64,000 nt of DNA from Tubulanus polymorphus (Eukaryota; Animalia; Nemertea): assembly GCF_964204645.1 (NCBI RefSeq), contig NC_134025.1:11532001-11596000 (forward strand). The letters run 5' to 3'. This document shows positions 12,458 to 27,400 of this stretch, piece after piece. Within the stretch, counting starts at the first letter, position 1, and each line of letters begins with the position of its first letter. Both the position numbers and the translations under genes were made by a program. Under the pieces are notes generated by a model that had not been told where the DNA came from, ran no database searches, and saw only the letters and a program-made list of their open reading frames with translations.

Positions 12458-15400
12458 GTACGACGATGTTAACATCTTAACTAAAATATGGGCAACGTTT
12501 GCCTCAAACTCAGGAAGAAAGGGGTGAAACTGATATAAGAATGAAATGCCTGGAAATTCATCCATTGCTGAAGGTGGTACTCAAAATGGTAGAAATATTG
12601 TATAGGCCTCATATACATGATATATAATGAAATATCCTATCAAAAAGTTATTAAAAAGGCCATTCAGGGGAAATTATAGCTTTATCATGGCTGACCTCAG
12701 CAACTCGAGCTCGACACATTTTGAATAGTTATTTTTTCTATAATATCAGAACCCTAGGAAGGGAAGTTCCCGAGGACATTGGCCATTTTGAAACCAATGT
12801 GATCCGATGACCTCATTTATTGTAAATAATTCACAAATGAGGTCGAGTGATCGATTATTGTAGAACAACTAGAATACCCTTCGGAAAGTTCTTTTTTGGG
12901 GGGGATGCCATGATAATATTTTTCCATTTACATCATCCTAAAACATGTCAAAGTGGTCTCCAGAAATCTGAGGTGGCTAAGTGAACAACAATTTGTTGAA
13001 TTTCTACTACTGGCTGGGTACTTTTGACCAATATGTAACACGGTTTGACAATATATTGTCAAACCATGTATACTGTATATAGTGTTTTTCATGTTGAGTT
13101 GTAAAAGAAAATTGAACAAAACAAGTTTTCATACAGAATGAAATGAATATGGTCAAATGTAGTGTAGATTGTAGAAAAGATCGTGATAGGCTAGATTTAG
13201 TTTCATAAAGCGTGGTATGCCAGATGGCATTATACCAAACGTTTGCTGGCTGAACAGTTTGAATTTCCTTCCTCTTTTATATCGAGCTGTTAGATCCTCG
13301 ATCGAGCGAGACGTTTTATATTCAGAAGAAACATAAAACTGATCTTAATGAGCTTTAATGAAATTTCATTCTGGGAGATGAGGCGGTAGGGGGTCGGGAT
13401 ATAATGTGAATGTTTCTATTCGAATCGTGTCATCTGTGATATCGGTTAAACAATTAAAACGATTTCTGACCGCTGCTGAGAGAGGCAACATTTCTTAAAA
13501 GTAGAATTCATGTATCTGAACACGCCTTATAATCTTTGGAAGTCTTGACTTTGTCACAGTTAATAGACATGAACATACCCCAGACCAATTTCATTAACTG
13601 GTCCCTTCTAATATTGCCCATATAATGGATCAGTTGAGAATGTACCAAGTCAAATCTGTGCACTCAGCATAAAAACCGCCATCGCACAACTATCTCTGGT
13701 ATGGGCCCACTGTTCACAGGAGTGCCAAATGGACCCATGCCAAATTTGGCCAGACCAAAAACCTCAGACAAGGCCCGTGTAAAGTTTAAGCACAGGTCAA
13801 ATTATTATGTGTGAGCACTAACTGGTTTTGGAAGTGACCCACCTCGCTTTGTCACAGTCATGGTTCCCACAGGACAGGGAAATTGGGAAAAACTTGGGAA
13901 TTTTGAAAAAATAATTCCCGGTTTGGAAATATTTGGGAATTTGAAAAATTTCCCTCAAATCAGGGAAATACTCGGGAAATTCATTACATTTCACATATTG
14001 CATTTGCCAAGGGCACATTTCTTCAGCAATTTTCCTTGAAAATCATCTTTATCAACCAGTCACCGCTAAAATGTTGACTGTTGGATGACGATATGTGTTC
14101 ATTTCCATTTGGGAAAATTGAAAAATCACCCAAGAATTACTTGGGAAAAACTTGGGAATTTTGAATTTATATAACTGTGGGAACAATGCACAGTATATAT
14201 AGGAGAGGCGCAGTGGCCCGAGTGGTTTTGGTGATAGAGATGAAGCGCTCTCTAATTCGGCACGGGCTGAATTTGACTCGGGCCTGATCCAGGCCAGTTT
14301 GACCTGGACCAAATCGTCTCTGTGATTATGGCTCAGCAGCTATCCATGGTCCAGCTAGACACAACACAGTGATTGACAGGCAATTTAAGATAAGATTCTA
14401 TGCATACACAGGGAAATGTCCATTTTGATAGAATGGACCTCAATCAGTCTTTTAGGTCAGCCCAAATTTAGACCTTTCTATAAATAACATAGTATGAATG
14501 CGGCTATAGATGGTTGAAATGATCATTGGTTTTGAAGCTCCGTTCATTTTGCAACATTATAATGAGGCCCTGGATGAACTTGGTTGATGCGCACATGGGC
14601 GATAGTCGATCGCCAGCAGCCTGCAATCAGGAGGCGACTTCATAGATCAGAAGAAAGGATTTAGTCGCTCAATGTCAAAAATATTTCATATCGTGCAATG
14701 GTAAATCGGTTCATTTGTCGCGACTAGCGTTGTGGCAATATAAAGTGTCATGAAAATATTTTTTTCGACCTATCAAGGGTACGTAGATAGTATTCATTCA
14801 GCGCACTCTAGTTTAGGCATATGATTGTTTCATAAAATCCTCTTAAAAGAAATTCTGTTAACTCGACCGCCAATCACACAACTATATTTGTACTTCGATT
14901 TCCAATTTCAAAATCAAACCCCCTGTTTCGCTCACAGCAGGTGTGGTGGGTCTGTATGGGACACTCAATCAAAAAATCAAACGAAATTACCAGCCAAATA
15001 AATAACAGGGAAATTCCCTATTTTAAGATTTAAAAAAAACCTCTATCTAATAGTCCTAACCATGGTTAGATTTTAAAATAACGACACGCAGCGGTGGTTG
15101 TGATGAGCGATTTCACCGCGACGTGCGATTATCCGTCGCGCAATATCAAACATGTTGCGAGATATTGTGCGACTCGTCGTTAAACCTCAGATTAGAAATC
15201 CGAGATTTTAACTTATTAGAGCCAGTGAATATCGTTTACTTCCTGCTACGTTGATAATGTCCATCGTTAAAAGCCACGGATATTCTTCAGACATATCTTC
15301 TTCGCTATATATCGATTCCGTCGCGTATTTCGATATTTGCAACCCTCGCGATACCTTATACCGGCTATGAGTATCATCTATTACATTAGTGAAATATGAA

Positions 15401-18400
15401 TAAAGCGAAATTAAAACGCGTCAGGGGAAAGAAAAATGGTCTATTTCATCGATTATGAAATCGAAAATCGCGATTTCGTTGTTTATCGATCGATGTGGCG
15501 CATTCATCCGTTTGCCGGGAAAATTTCCGTCATTTGTGCCAGCACTAGCCGCAGTCTCAGTTGCATTCGCGGATCAACATCGACGTTTTAATGCGACACA
15601 TTCATAGATTGACATCAAATGTGTCAGCCGCATGTGTACGAGAGATGCTTGTTTGTGTGTATAAGCGATGAATGTGCATGATGGCTTCTGATAAATGACG
15701 AGTGAGTGATATACATTAGTGCTTGTTGATCTTTCTCGCGAGCAAACAATTGTAAAGAAGATTTTTTCCGAAAAATATTTCAAACATTTTTGTCGTGATA
15801 TGATTTCCTACTATTTCTAAAAAGTAAAAAATAAAGCGAGACAATCGTTTTTCTAAGCAGATACCGTAGTTTCTTGTTCCCATTTGCCTTCGATGGCAAA
15901 AGCCTGCCGTGTAAGACCAGTTGTGCAGTTATCTTATTATGCTCAAATACATGAAGATCTAATCAGAGTGCCTCTTGTATATTTGCTTGAGGCGGTTATT
16001 CTAAAACTAGATACTGCAGTAAATGTGTCCGGGGGGGGGGGGGGGGGGAGGTGGGGAAACAAGGATGTTTCGACAAGGCTTCACCCTATATGACAGCCTG
16101 TGAGATTTTCGAATCTGCTAGCGATGACGGGGCATGATTCCCGAGAAACCAGCTTAACCATTTCCTTGGAGTAATCAAATAAATCATTTGATTACTCCAA
16201 GCCCTTTCAGTGTTGACTAATTAATATCTGCTGGAGATGATTTGAAAATTTTTAAAGATTCCACCCCAGTGTGTTGAGTAACAGGCATGCGGCCATAATG
16301 CATCTATGCGGTGTATTGTTAGTCACTAATATTTAACTGGGTTTTATGTAGGTCCTGCCGTCTTTCATTAGAGATAAAAAAAATTACTAATTGCATCAAT
16401 ACACCATAGTGTAGTGTACTAGCAATATCGATTTATACATGGCAAGCAAAAATTATATACTTGGTAATAATTTCCATGGTAAAATAACCTTATGATGAAT
16501 ACAAGTTGGTGGCAAAGGATATGGTTCAAATCCTAGATACCTTAGCAATCAACCGGAAACATGAAACAGATTCATATTGATATGTGTTGATGATTCGCTT
16601 ACTGTCATGTACAGTGAGACAAGAAACACTGAAAGAAAGGATGCCAATTACTGATGAGAAAACACTGATTGGTATTTACTCTTGACCAAAATAAGTGAAT
16701 ACATTAATGTTTCTTGTTATCTAATAAGTGCCATACAAGGTTTCAAGGCAGCACACGAGCATAGTCAAGTTTTAAACATGCACAGCAATTAAGATGGTTA
16801 CGTGTGACTTCAGCAACACTCAATCAGACATCCCCCTGTGATAAGACTGTTTAAAAAAGATCCAACTTAAGCCTTTCCCATCACGTTAAGAAAGTCAAAT
16901 CGGACTGAGTTACCATCTGCACGTAATTGTCTGAGGCATGTTTAACTAGGGGCCTTTGAAAACCGTGACTTGGTCAGTTCGTGTATTAGTTCAGAGAATA
17001 TCCAGATCCCATCGAATGGTAGCATTAACTGGGATCACATGGAGATGATTTGGCCTGGGCCAAATTGGCACGGATCAGGGTCCCGAGTCAAAATCACTTC
17101 CGGAAGCAGTTGCAATTCATATGCAGTGATTTGACCCGTGCTAAAATTTGGTCATTGCAGCCAAGTTATGCTTGGGCCAAAAATGCGCGTGATCATGGCT
17201 TTTGGGCATCGACCAGTTTTTCTGCTTTTGATTAACTAACAGAGCTGCCAACTGTTCCTGATTTTCAGTATTTGTTACTATTTCATGACAAGAAATACGG
17301 ATTTGATTTGTTTGATGCATTCAAAAATATGAAAGATGTTACTGAGGGCCTTACTGTCGATTACTGATTAATATACCGATTAATTTGAACATTTTCTTTC
17401 ACATATCATTGAAACGTTACTGAAAAAATTCAATTTGTTACTGAAAGTATATTTCAGAGTTGGTAGCTCTGAGCTAACCATATCAATTGCTAATGCGCAT
17501 AAATTAATTTTGCAGGATTGATGGGCAGCAACTTTTTGCGATTCGCTCTCGACAACAATTTCGACAGCGACCATGTGACCGACGTGAAGCCGTCGTTCCA
17601 CAACGCCGATACGACCGGCCTATCGGACATGAACGGGATGATGAACTGTCAGCAGCCGCCGCTGCCACACCCGCAAATCGATATCGCGATACCCACGGAC
17701 CAGGGTAAGACGGCGTATTTTCATAATTATGGTATGTATGTGTTACACGGGTGTCGTCGGTTCGGTCCGGTGCCGATGATGATGAGTGATCGGTAGCTCA
17801 CCAATTCGCGAGAGAAAGACGGTAACTTTCGTCATCTTTTCTTGTGTATCACGCTTTATTCCTCGATAAACTTCACTTCAGTCGATGTGATATGATCGGA
17901 TTTTTTCAGTAGTATATCTTGGTATACGTGTTTTATCTAGTTTTTCTAGAGCATATTTAACAAAGCTATTTTCTGTCCTATTCTGGAAGAATGGTCGATG
18001 TCGGAAATCCGGAACAGAGCGAAAGAGTAACGAGCGAACTATCAGTTTGGAATACCAAAACTGGACTGATTTATTTTTACACACAAACTATTTATATACA
18101 TTGAGATACGAGACAGGTGGAGACATGGAAAATGATACAAAAACAAAGGTGACGAGCAGTGACATGACAGTGAGACAAACAACAATTAACGCATTAGACA
18201 CAGAGACAAACTGTCTCGAGAAACAGCTTTAACCAACTTTCGAGCAACTGGCCCCTGGGAGTGTGAAAGGTCCTAGAGAGTTAAACTTTTAACCCTTTGG
18301 AATGTGGATTAATTTTTGACAATCCACCTGGTCGACCCACGTTAATTAATCATCCCAGTCACCAGCCGAAGTTCCTCATGGAAACGGTTTTAGTTTCTAG

Positions 18401-21400
18401 GACTGTAATGATACAGTTTCGGTGTCTAAGAAACTTATTTAGAGTTTCCTCTAAGCTTTCTATCCATATCGGATAAGACTGTCGGAAGCCAAATCAAAAC
18501 AGACTGCTGGTAGAGTTCATGAATTTGGCTTTTATGAAACCGGACCCAAGGTTAACCACAGTCTTTAGCGGGCATACGGAGTTGAATAACTCTAAAATGA
18601 CAAGCATAAAGTCCGCCGTACGCGCCTCGCCTGGTCAACCTGGAAATTGATGGTTGCGCCACCGTACGGTGTGGTGTCGGAAGCAGGCCGTATCCGAAAA
18701 AATTTTTGATGGGTACATTTATACCTATAGGCAGGTTAGGCTTTATGTCATACAGGTAACGTATTTGATGGTATTATATATAACACTTCTCGCTTGTATT
18801 CGGCGAGGTATGAATTTCGTGATATTCATTATAAGGAATATTCACCATCGCTGACTACTATTCAGCCACTACCCGCAGTTTCTGAGTTGCCAGTTTTCTT
18901 CGCCGGCGTTGTTACCATATGAAGTGTGATACGAAGGCAGTTGCCCGTTAAATCAGCTAGTGATACTGCTTCTCATCTATTCGCGTTCATTCATTAAGGC
19001 TCTTCCGCCAGTAGTGAGACTATAAATCCGCAGTACAGTAGAATACTCGGTGGTGCTTTCAAGATGAGTTCATTCATTGTCCTTATGGGGAAACCTAGCA
19101 ATTGTCTTCGCAACAATAGCTGTATGCAGATAGAATATACCAGACTGACAACGATCAGCGTACATGTTTTTTACTTGACTTTATAATGCTGATGTATATT
19201 CATGCTTTGACTAAGGCAGGTTTCGATCGGTGTTTAACGATTCTAGAATTCTCTTCTGACGTGTTCGTCTTGACCGGAAAAGGCTCTATTCATTCCGGTA
19301 TAGGGTAGTCTGTATACCTGGCAAAAGGCTGGTCAGGAGTTCGTAATCAAGATCAGTTATTCGTAAAATGGAATACGTTAGATCAAAACCTGCCTAAAAC
19401 TCATTTTATTCCCGTCCCGTCATTTCAGTTAGTATCCGAACTGCTTTCTGTGTAGTAGGCCTATGATGCGTATCATAATAAACACAAGTTCCCCAAAAGT
19501 GGTTCAAATTGCTATGGCTTTATCTACAACAAACTTTCAAGCTTTTGAGTTGGAAAATATTTTGAACTGGTTTTCAACTTGGCAGTAGATACGCATGATT
19601 TTTCTGCTTGGTTCAAATCTCAGGTGCAATTTCTACGTCACACAACCTAAAAAAACCCAACAACAGTTCATACATCTGTAGTGGCCTCACTCAAGGCTGG
19701 TTGCCTCCACTGTGACATGGTCATATTTTCACTAGTCTCGTGTTTGGATAGTTTCATAGCCATGTTTTCTTAGCGGGTTCACAGATCCAATGGCAGTTGG
19801 CAACTTGATGATGTTAAAAGGTCCTGATACTCATTACACAGCCGTCTTGTATAGAATTTAAGATGTCACATATTATGCAAAGGTCTCTTAAAACGACGGT
19901 CATATAGCATGTCACATTGTTAACTGTTCTTGGTACTGAACAATTGCGTTGTGTTTGACCATTGTTTGACATATCGTCGGGTTTCACGATCAACAATGGT
20001 AGATCATTTCTAATAAAGCCAATCGAGGTACACGAGTTTGGTCACTGATGCTGTTTCCGTACAATAGTAGTACGTTAATAGGCAAGATTGCTTCCATTCT
20101 ACTCGGTGGTTGGCAAGATTGTCTGTATTCGGAATGTCTGTATTCGGAATCGGTAGTAAATTCGAAAATGCGTTATACAATAGAGGAAAATTCTGCGCCC
20201 AAAAGAGAACCAGAAAGTCGATGATTGCCACAGAGCTGATTGCCTTAGATAATCACTGGGACGATGTGTTTAAATTTTTCTATTCAAGTTCATGCGAAGT
20301 TGACTCATCGTCACCGCAATTCATTTACCTCAAAGAAAAATAAATGGGCCCCATGACATCTGAGACACGCATTTAACAGTCTTCCATATCAAATTTTTTT
20401 TTACTGAAAATAAAGCCAAAATCCACCTCCATGAGAAAGTCGTTGAAATATGTGAACAAATTCCCTATTAGACATTTTATTTACCACCTTCCTCACATTT
20501 TGCAAAAAAAAAAAATTATGGACTCAATGAACGAGAACTGTAAATCGGACAGAATATGGTAATTTTGGACACGAAATGAAGGCTTATAATGGATGGGGGA
20601 AAATGATAGAATTGACATCGACAGTGAAAAAATAACGAGGTTCATTCTGTCGTTTTCAATATCCTACTTTATGAATGGCCCACATCATCTGTATCAATTG
20701 TATATAGTTATCTGATCATCGCTGTGTGTTGTTTTTTATCGAGGACAGTGTGTTACGATGAACTAGAATCAGTGTGCTCTGCAAGCTATGGCTGTTTCGT
20801 GTGTTTCACTTTCGATGAATTTTTGCTTACATATAGTTGCTACTCGGCTTCGGCTTCGTGCTTACTATATATATGTATATATCATAGCGTGTATATGAGA
20901 TGGAAATAGTTTTCTTTAATTCAATGTTTGGAATTCTTGGGCGATGATATCATTTTAAATCAATTCTAGAATAGAATCCTATGACATCAGGTCGCAAGCG
21001 CTCTCTATGTACACGGAATTGGTAGGGGATTCTATCAAAAATATATATTGCAGAGCTGCCAAGTGTTCCTGATTTTCAGCATTTGTTACTCTTTTAAAAC
21101 AAGAAATACTGATTAGATTTGTTTGATACATGTAGAAAAATGAAAGATGTTACTGATTGTCTTACTGTTGATTGCTGATTAATTTGAACATTTTCTTTCA
21201 TATTTCGATGAAAAAATATTTGTTACTGATAGCACTTTTCAGATTTTGGCAGCCCTGATATTGGTTATATATGCCTGTCACTGATTATATTGTTTAATTG
21301 TCTATTATGATACACTGCTTTTAAGTGCTGATATAACATTTCGTTATTATGAAGAAAATAGTTACCAGTATTTTTTTATCTCATTCAAAAATGGGCTTGA

Positions 21401-24400
21401 ATCTATTGAATGGTCTTTATTTGGCCCCATTTTCTGGAACCGGGGTTAATTGGCATATAGGCTATACGGGTAATTGACAAATGAATACAATTAAATTCAT
21501 CTAAAGCATGAATATGTGACACTATCCGGGGTCGTTTCTCGGAACGCATAACATTTCAGCATCATCCGACTGTTCGGTGCACCAATATGTGAAGTAATCT
21601 TGATATTCATTTGTCTACATACCCATATCGCTATGCAATGCATCCATTCCGTAATCATTTTCTAACCCAACAATTTAGCTACAAGATAGGAAAGGGTTAA
21701 TGATAAATGTTCATTTAAATCAAGCTGAACGACTGACAATTCATTAGAATATTTCGGCAGTAGCGTTCAAAATTGTTATTTCTATTTTTACACCAAAAAA
21801 AAAACAATCGTTTGAAAAACGTCGCTTTCGATTTGTTTTTCTAGCAAATCAACAGATGTATGTACCGCATTCCACGATGAACTCGATATACATGCACAAT
21901 CCTCAACAACAACAACAACAGCAGCAACAACAGAGTATGACGAGTCCGAACTCGGGCACGACGACGGCGACCGAGCTAAGTCCGGCGTGTTCACCTCCGC
22001 CGCCGCCTCGTATATATAAACCATGCGTAGTATGCAACGATAAATCCTCAGGTTACCATTACGGCGTCAGTTCCTGCGAAGGCTGTAAGGTAGGTTTCGT
22101 ATGACGCTCAGAAGTTGGTTTAAGTAATCCAGCGGATAACTGTCGTCGTAACAAATAAGACTGCTTTGTAACCAATGGTATTTATTTGATAGTTATCTTA
22201 AGGCAAAATTTGAGCAACTAGCCCCTGAGACCGGTTGCATAGTCATGGCTTAGACTTAAGACCGGTCTAAGACCCACTTAGTTCTATAGCCAATCTAACA
22301 ACTTAAAACCAGTCTTAAGATTAAGGACCACTTTTGGGCTTAAGTCACAACTGCGCAACTGGCCCCTGGGGTCGGTTCCGCGATGTTAATCCATAATCTA
22401 GAATGAAATTATTTCGATCTTGCTGAGCGTTTTTGGCATATTTTGATAAATTTTAATAAGTCCATACTACATCCTTATTAAGTGGCCGGTAAATTGTCAG
22501 AAATTTCGCATCCGTTTCATTGAAGGATTAAGAAATGTTCTTAAGGAATTGTGCGACAGAGCTCAAAATTTTCAAATTATCCCGCGGGAGTATCGTGATG
22601 CCTTTTCACTAGGTGCAAGAAATGATTCCTTTCCCATCCTTAATATGTTTGTAAAGCTGACCAGTTCAATCTCCTCTACTGGCTACTACTGGCCATTACG
22701 TACCCGATGTTTCATGTCATTGATCTGTTGTTCGTTGTAGGGCTTCTTTCGTCGAAGCGTTCAGAAAAACATGCAGTACACGTGTCACAAAGACAAAAGT
22801 TGCGTGATCAACAAAGTGACGCGAAATCGCTGTCAATATTGTCGACTTCAGAAATGTTTTGCGAAGGGAATGTCGAAAGAAGGTAATTGATCTCGTAGAT
22901 CATTGATATTTTACGGAGCGTCTGCCTGATTTTACCACCCACGTACCCAAATTCATTTCTGCGATTGGCAAACCAGTATTCACGTAATCGAAACAACTTC
23001 TGAGTGGCCAAGTACCTGGGAAATCAGAAAAAATGTTGTGGGAAATTCTTTTCTTTAAAAAAGTTAGGGAATAAGGAGTTAAGTAAAAAAAAAACAACTT
23101 AAATCAGGGAAATTTTTTCCGACTGCTAGATCGTGCATATAATCAAACAGTTTCCGTCTATGTCTTTCATGTTTGACTGTGTAAATTGATTGGATTCTTA
23201 GCAAACAACGTGCATGTCAGGGAAAACGCAAGTCGAATAATAAAAGTGGCCACCCTAATTTTACAGAAGAACGGCTGTCATCGATTATGTTGACAGTTGC
23301 TATTTTACGGAAAGTCCCTATTATCGAAATATGACGCTATCCTGGTTTGTGGGCATAAACAATTCAGATTACTGATTGGTTGACCTGCTGTACCTGCAAT
23401 CAGTGAATACAATTTGATCGTATTGACTGACTTAGTAATGAGTCACTTGTTTGAAGATGTCACTAACACGACTAGCTTCGCAGACCTGCCCATTATCTTA
23501 TCTAGCCCTAAATAGCGTCCATGCTTCTACGTATTACTCATCAGGGTTTGGTATCAAACCAACTTTGCTTTAGAATAATTGAATTCATTATCCCCGTTCA
23601 TAGTCTAAAGTGGTGGTTGTTTATGAATTCTATATAACTTAACGAGCCATAAGTCATGAATCCTATTTGCTAATTTTTAAATAAATGCAAATACACATCT
23701 TCATGTGGACAATGGTTGTATACTGGTTGTGTTAAGTTGATGCGTCAAAGTTGGTTTAGAAATAATGGTGCATGGTGCACGGTGCAAATGCTATCTTTGC
23801 ATCTTCTATCTCTGTGATCTAGGCGGGAGCAGATCCAGACTGTATTTTCGGTTCTAGGCAATGCGATTTAGTTTTTCTTTAGTGACTTTGGAAAGGTTGG
23901 AAGCTGATAAACTGCGAAACTCAATGATTTTAACGATTAGCAGTGTCCAAACTCTAAATGCGCCGAATAAAATTCAGATTTTGGAAATGAGTTGGGAGTA
24001 TAGCCATATTCTCATTTTAATGTATCCCCCTACAAATGTGCCCTTTCCAAATTATATCGCCCTTGTCGTTGGGAAGAGTACTGTTTATTCACCAATTGAT
24101 GAAACACTCCATGTTGTGACGGTATACAGAGAATCTTACACTAATAGAACCAAAGATAAAGTCCGAAAAGTTTTCTTTCTATCAATTTATTCATCCGACA
24201 TTTCGACTATATTCTTTTTTTTAAATCTTGAAATAGGGATTGTCCCTGTTATTTATTTGGTTGGTAAATTTCGTTTGATTTTCTGATTGAGTGTCCCTTA
24301 CACACCCACCACACCTGCCGGGAGCGAAACAGGGGATTTGATTTTGAAATCGGAAATCGAAGTACAGATATAGTTGTGTGATCGGCGGTCGAGTTTACAT

Positions 24401-27400
24401 ATTTTTTCGACTTTATTCTAATAGTCATCTTCAGGTCATATTAGGATCTAGTCGAAATGTTGGAAGAATAGATTGATAGTTTTAGCTGAAAGTTATATTA
24501 GTGTGGGATTTCTCTATATACTGTTTAGTCACACTTCACGATTCATCCCCGGTTCACCAATGCATACGTGTATAGTATTTGCTTACGTTTTTCTTTTTTC
24601 ATCGGCAGCTGTACGGAACGACCGTAATAAGAAACGAAAAGCGAAAGCTGAAATGTGTGCCTCGAATACGCCGTCCGACGATCTCACTCAGGAAGAACTT
24701 GACCTCATTACACTCATCGAAAAAGCCCATCTAGAAACGCTACCTAGAGAAAGCGACGACTTCAAATCAGCGGTAAGTATAGATCTTATCACAGAAAAGT
24801 AAGCTCGTATTGCCCTGAATATGAAATTTAACCATGATTTTAAAGGTTACTCGGTTGATCTAGATGTGCGATTAGTCTGACTTTTAGCTCATGTTCTGAG
24901 TGAGCTTATGTCATCAGCCACTTGATGACACCATCAACCATTCCTAAGCATTAAGTGTCAGTACCTAACTTCATGCGTCTCCAGATTTAAAACTGATTGA
25001 CAAATGAAGCTGATTTTTGTAAGATAATGTATCATTAGATTTTCTTGAATACCTGACGAGTTCATAATCTGTATCGTTTAACCCTTTCAGTGTGAATACC
25101 CTGCATAACGGTGTATTATTTAATTGGTGATGAACTTTGGTAATACACCGCATTTTAGCACTTAAGAGTAACAATCGGTGCCATCTGCTAGGTTAGCTGA
25201 TTCGCCAGTTTACTGATTATTCGAAATTACTATGAAAAAATTCTGGTAACCCCAAAATCGGACTAATCTTGGTTCATATTCAACTAAACTACCATTTTTG
25301 TTTGTGGTGAAAACTATTCTTTAAGGTTATAATACCAAGTAGTTAGTTAGGTCTGCTGCTGATTTGATTGCGGTAATGTCACTATCATAATTAGTGACAC
25401 AAGAATTTTGCTGTGGCCAGCATCTTTTATTGGAATGATGGTACCCGGTAATGATTTTAAGTCACATAAACCTGATTATGGGCTCATTATCTTTTATGTT
25501 GCTCAATTCTATATACTGGTACAGTCACATGCTAAAACCACATCAATACACAAGCATTGATAAAAATTGTGTCATTGTCAATAGAAACTTAAGATATGTT
25601 ACTATACGTAGTAATTAGTGTTAGTAGACATGAGAATGTTTTTGCAATGAAAGTAGTTCAAGGTTACTACCGTGCGAATTATGGAATAAAGTCCCACCAG
25701 GATAGTGGAAACTGGTGAAAAAATACCGCACCATGCAACACTGGCGTGCGCCATACTCGAGACAATGCCGTAAACGTCTCTTAACAATTAATCAATAAGT
25801 ATCATAAGAAGTAAAAGAAGCTTCTGAAGTACTTGACATGAAGCCATTGACTGCGGAGTAATCGATAAGTCTTGTTTATACCGGGATCGATGATCTGAAG
25901 TTAATGCTTCAATGGAAGATTACCGGCATTCGCCTTTGATGTCGTACTTGTATTGAGTGTCCTCTCGAAAGCATTAGTTACATAATTGGTTTTCTGAATA
26001 CTTTCTGCGATGCCAATTATGATTACCAAACTGAGAGCGTTTATATGAATGAGTGAGATGCCCATCTTAGGTTAGGGTTCTTTGCCTGCTTAAATTCAGA
26101 AACCTTTTACGAGCATTTCAAAAAAACTTCCTCTTAGATTTTCGAAGATTGTTGACACAACGCATTTAGGATAGGGTTGGCAATTACATTTTGGTTCACA
26201 TGAGGCATGCAGCTTACCCTGACGAATTAGAATTCCAAGACCCTCAAGATATTAAGGATGCATAACTTATAGAAATTTCAGCGACTGCTACAAATGCTCC
26301 TTTCTGTAAAACATCTATTCATCAAAATTCATTTTTCTCTATTACGTTGTTCCTGTATATTCTGCTATATGAATGTATTGCTAAATAATGCATTCTATCA
26401 ATTCTCTATCTATGCAGGAGCCGATCAAAGATGGTCAGGATATTGTTCTTTGGGAACGAGTTTGCGAGTTGTCGACGACCGGAATCGTGAAAATCGTCGA
26501 TTTTGCGAAGAGAATGCCCGGATTCATGTCACTCAGTAATACTGATCAAATAACCCTACTCAAAGCTGCCTGTTTAGAAATCATTGTAAGTATGATAACT
26601 ATTTATATTCTAAACTCTACATTCTGTTAGGAAGGTGCTTCTAAATTGCAATCTGGGAAAGCATCATCTTCTATTAGCCTAATACCATCTTCGTGGAGCA
26701 ACCTGAATGAGTGGTTAGACCGTTTGACTCTTGGATGCCAGGCTGTGTGTCTGAAGCCCTGTGCAACACTGTAGTATCCCCAGGCAAGACTTGATTATCC
26801 TCACTGCCTTTCTCCACCCAGAGGTAAATGGGTAGGTCCAGAGCTGGTAACTGTTCCTGATTTTCAGTATTAGTTACTATTCTACAACGAGAAATACTTA
26901 TATGATTTGTTTGATGCGTACAGAAATATGAAAGACATTACTGAGGGTTTAACTGTTGATTACTGATTAAATAGACTTTTTTCTTTCATATTTCAATGAA
27001 ATGTTACCGAAAAGATTCAATGCGTTACTTTTCAGAGGTTGGCAGCTCTGTAGGTCGACCTCGCCCTAAAAGACGTCTCCTGAGTGCTAAGTAGCAGCTC
27101 TGGTGTTACCGCGTCCGAGTGTGGTTTCGTTCGTATTCGTATTAATCGTGTTTTATTCTATTTCCGCTGAAGGTGCTGCGATTGAGCTCCAAATACAACG
27201 AAACGGACGACACGATGACCTTCTCCAGCGGACTGACGCTGACACGTCGACAACTCGAAGTTGGAGGATTCGGATCTCTGACGGACAGTATATTCGCGTT
27301 CGCTAACTCGATGAAATGTATGAACATCGACGAAACAGAATATGGCTTATTAGCGGCGATATGTTTGATTAGCGGAGGTGGGTACTTTTAGATTTACGGC

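Noticed and set aside
23861-24286. 141-aa intronic ORF
   Set aside because: AT-rich, overlaps repeat family D, no motifs or splice support.
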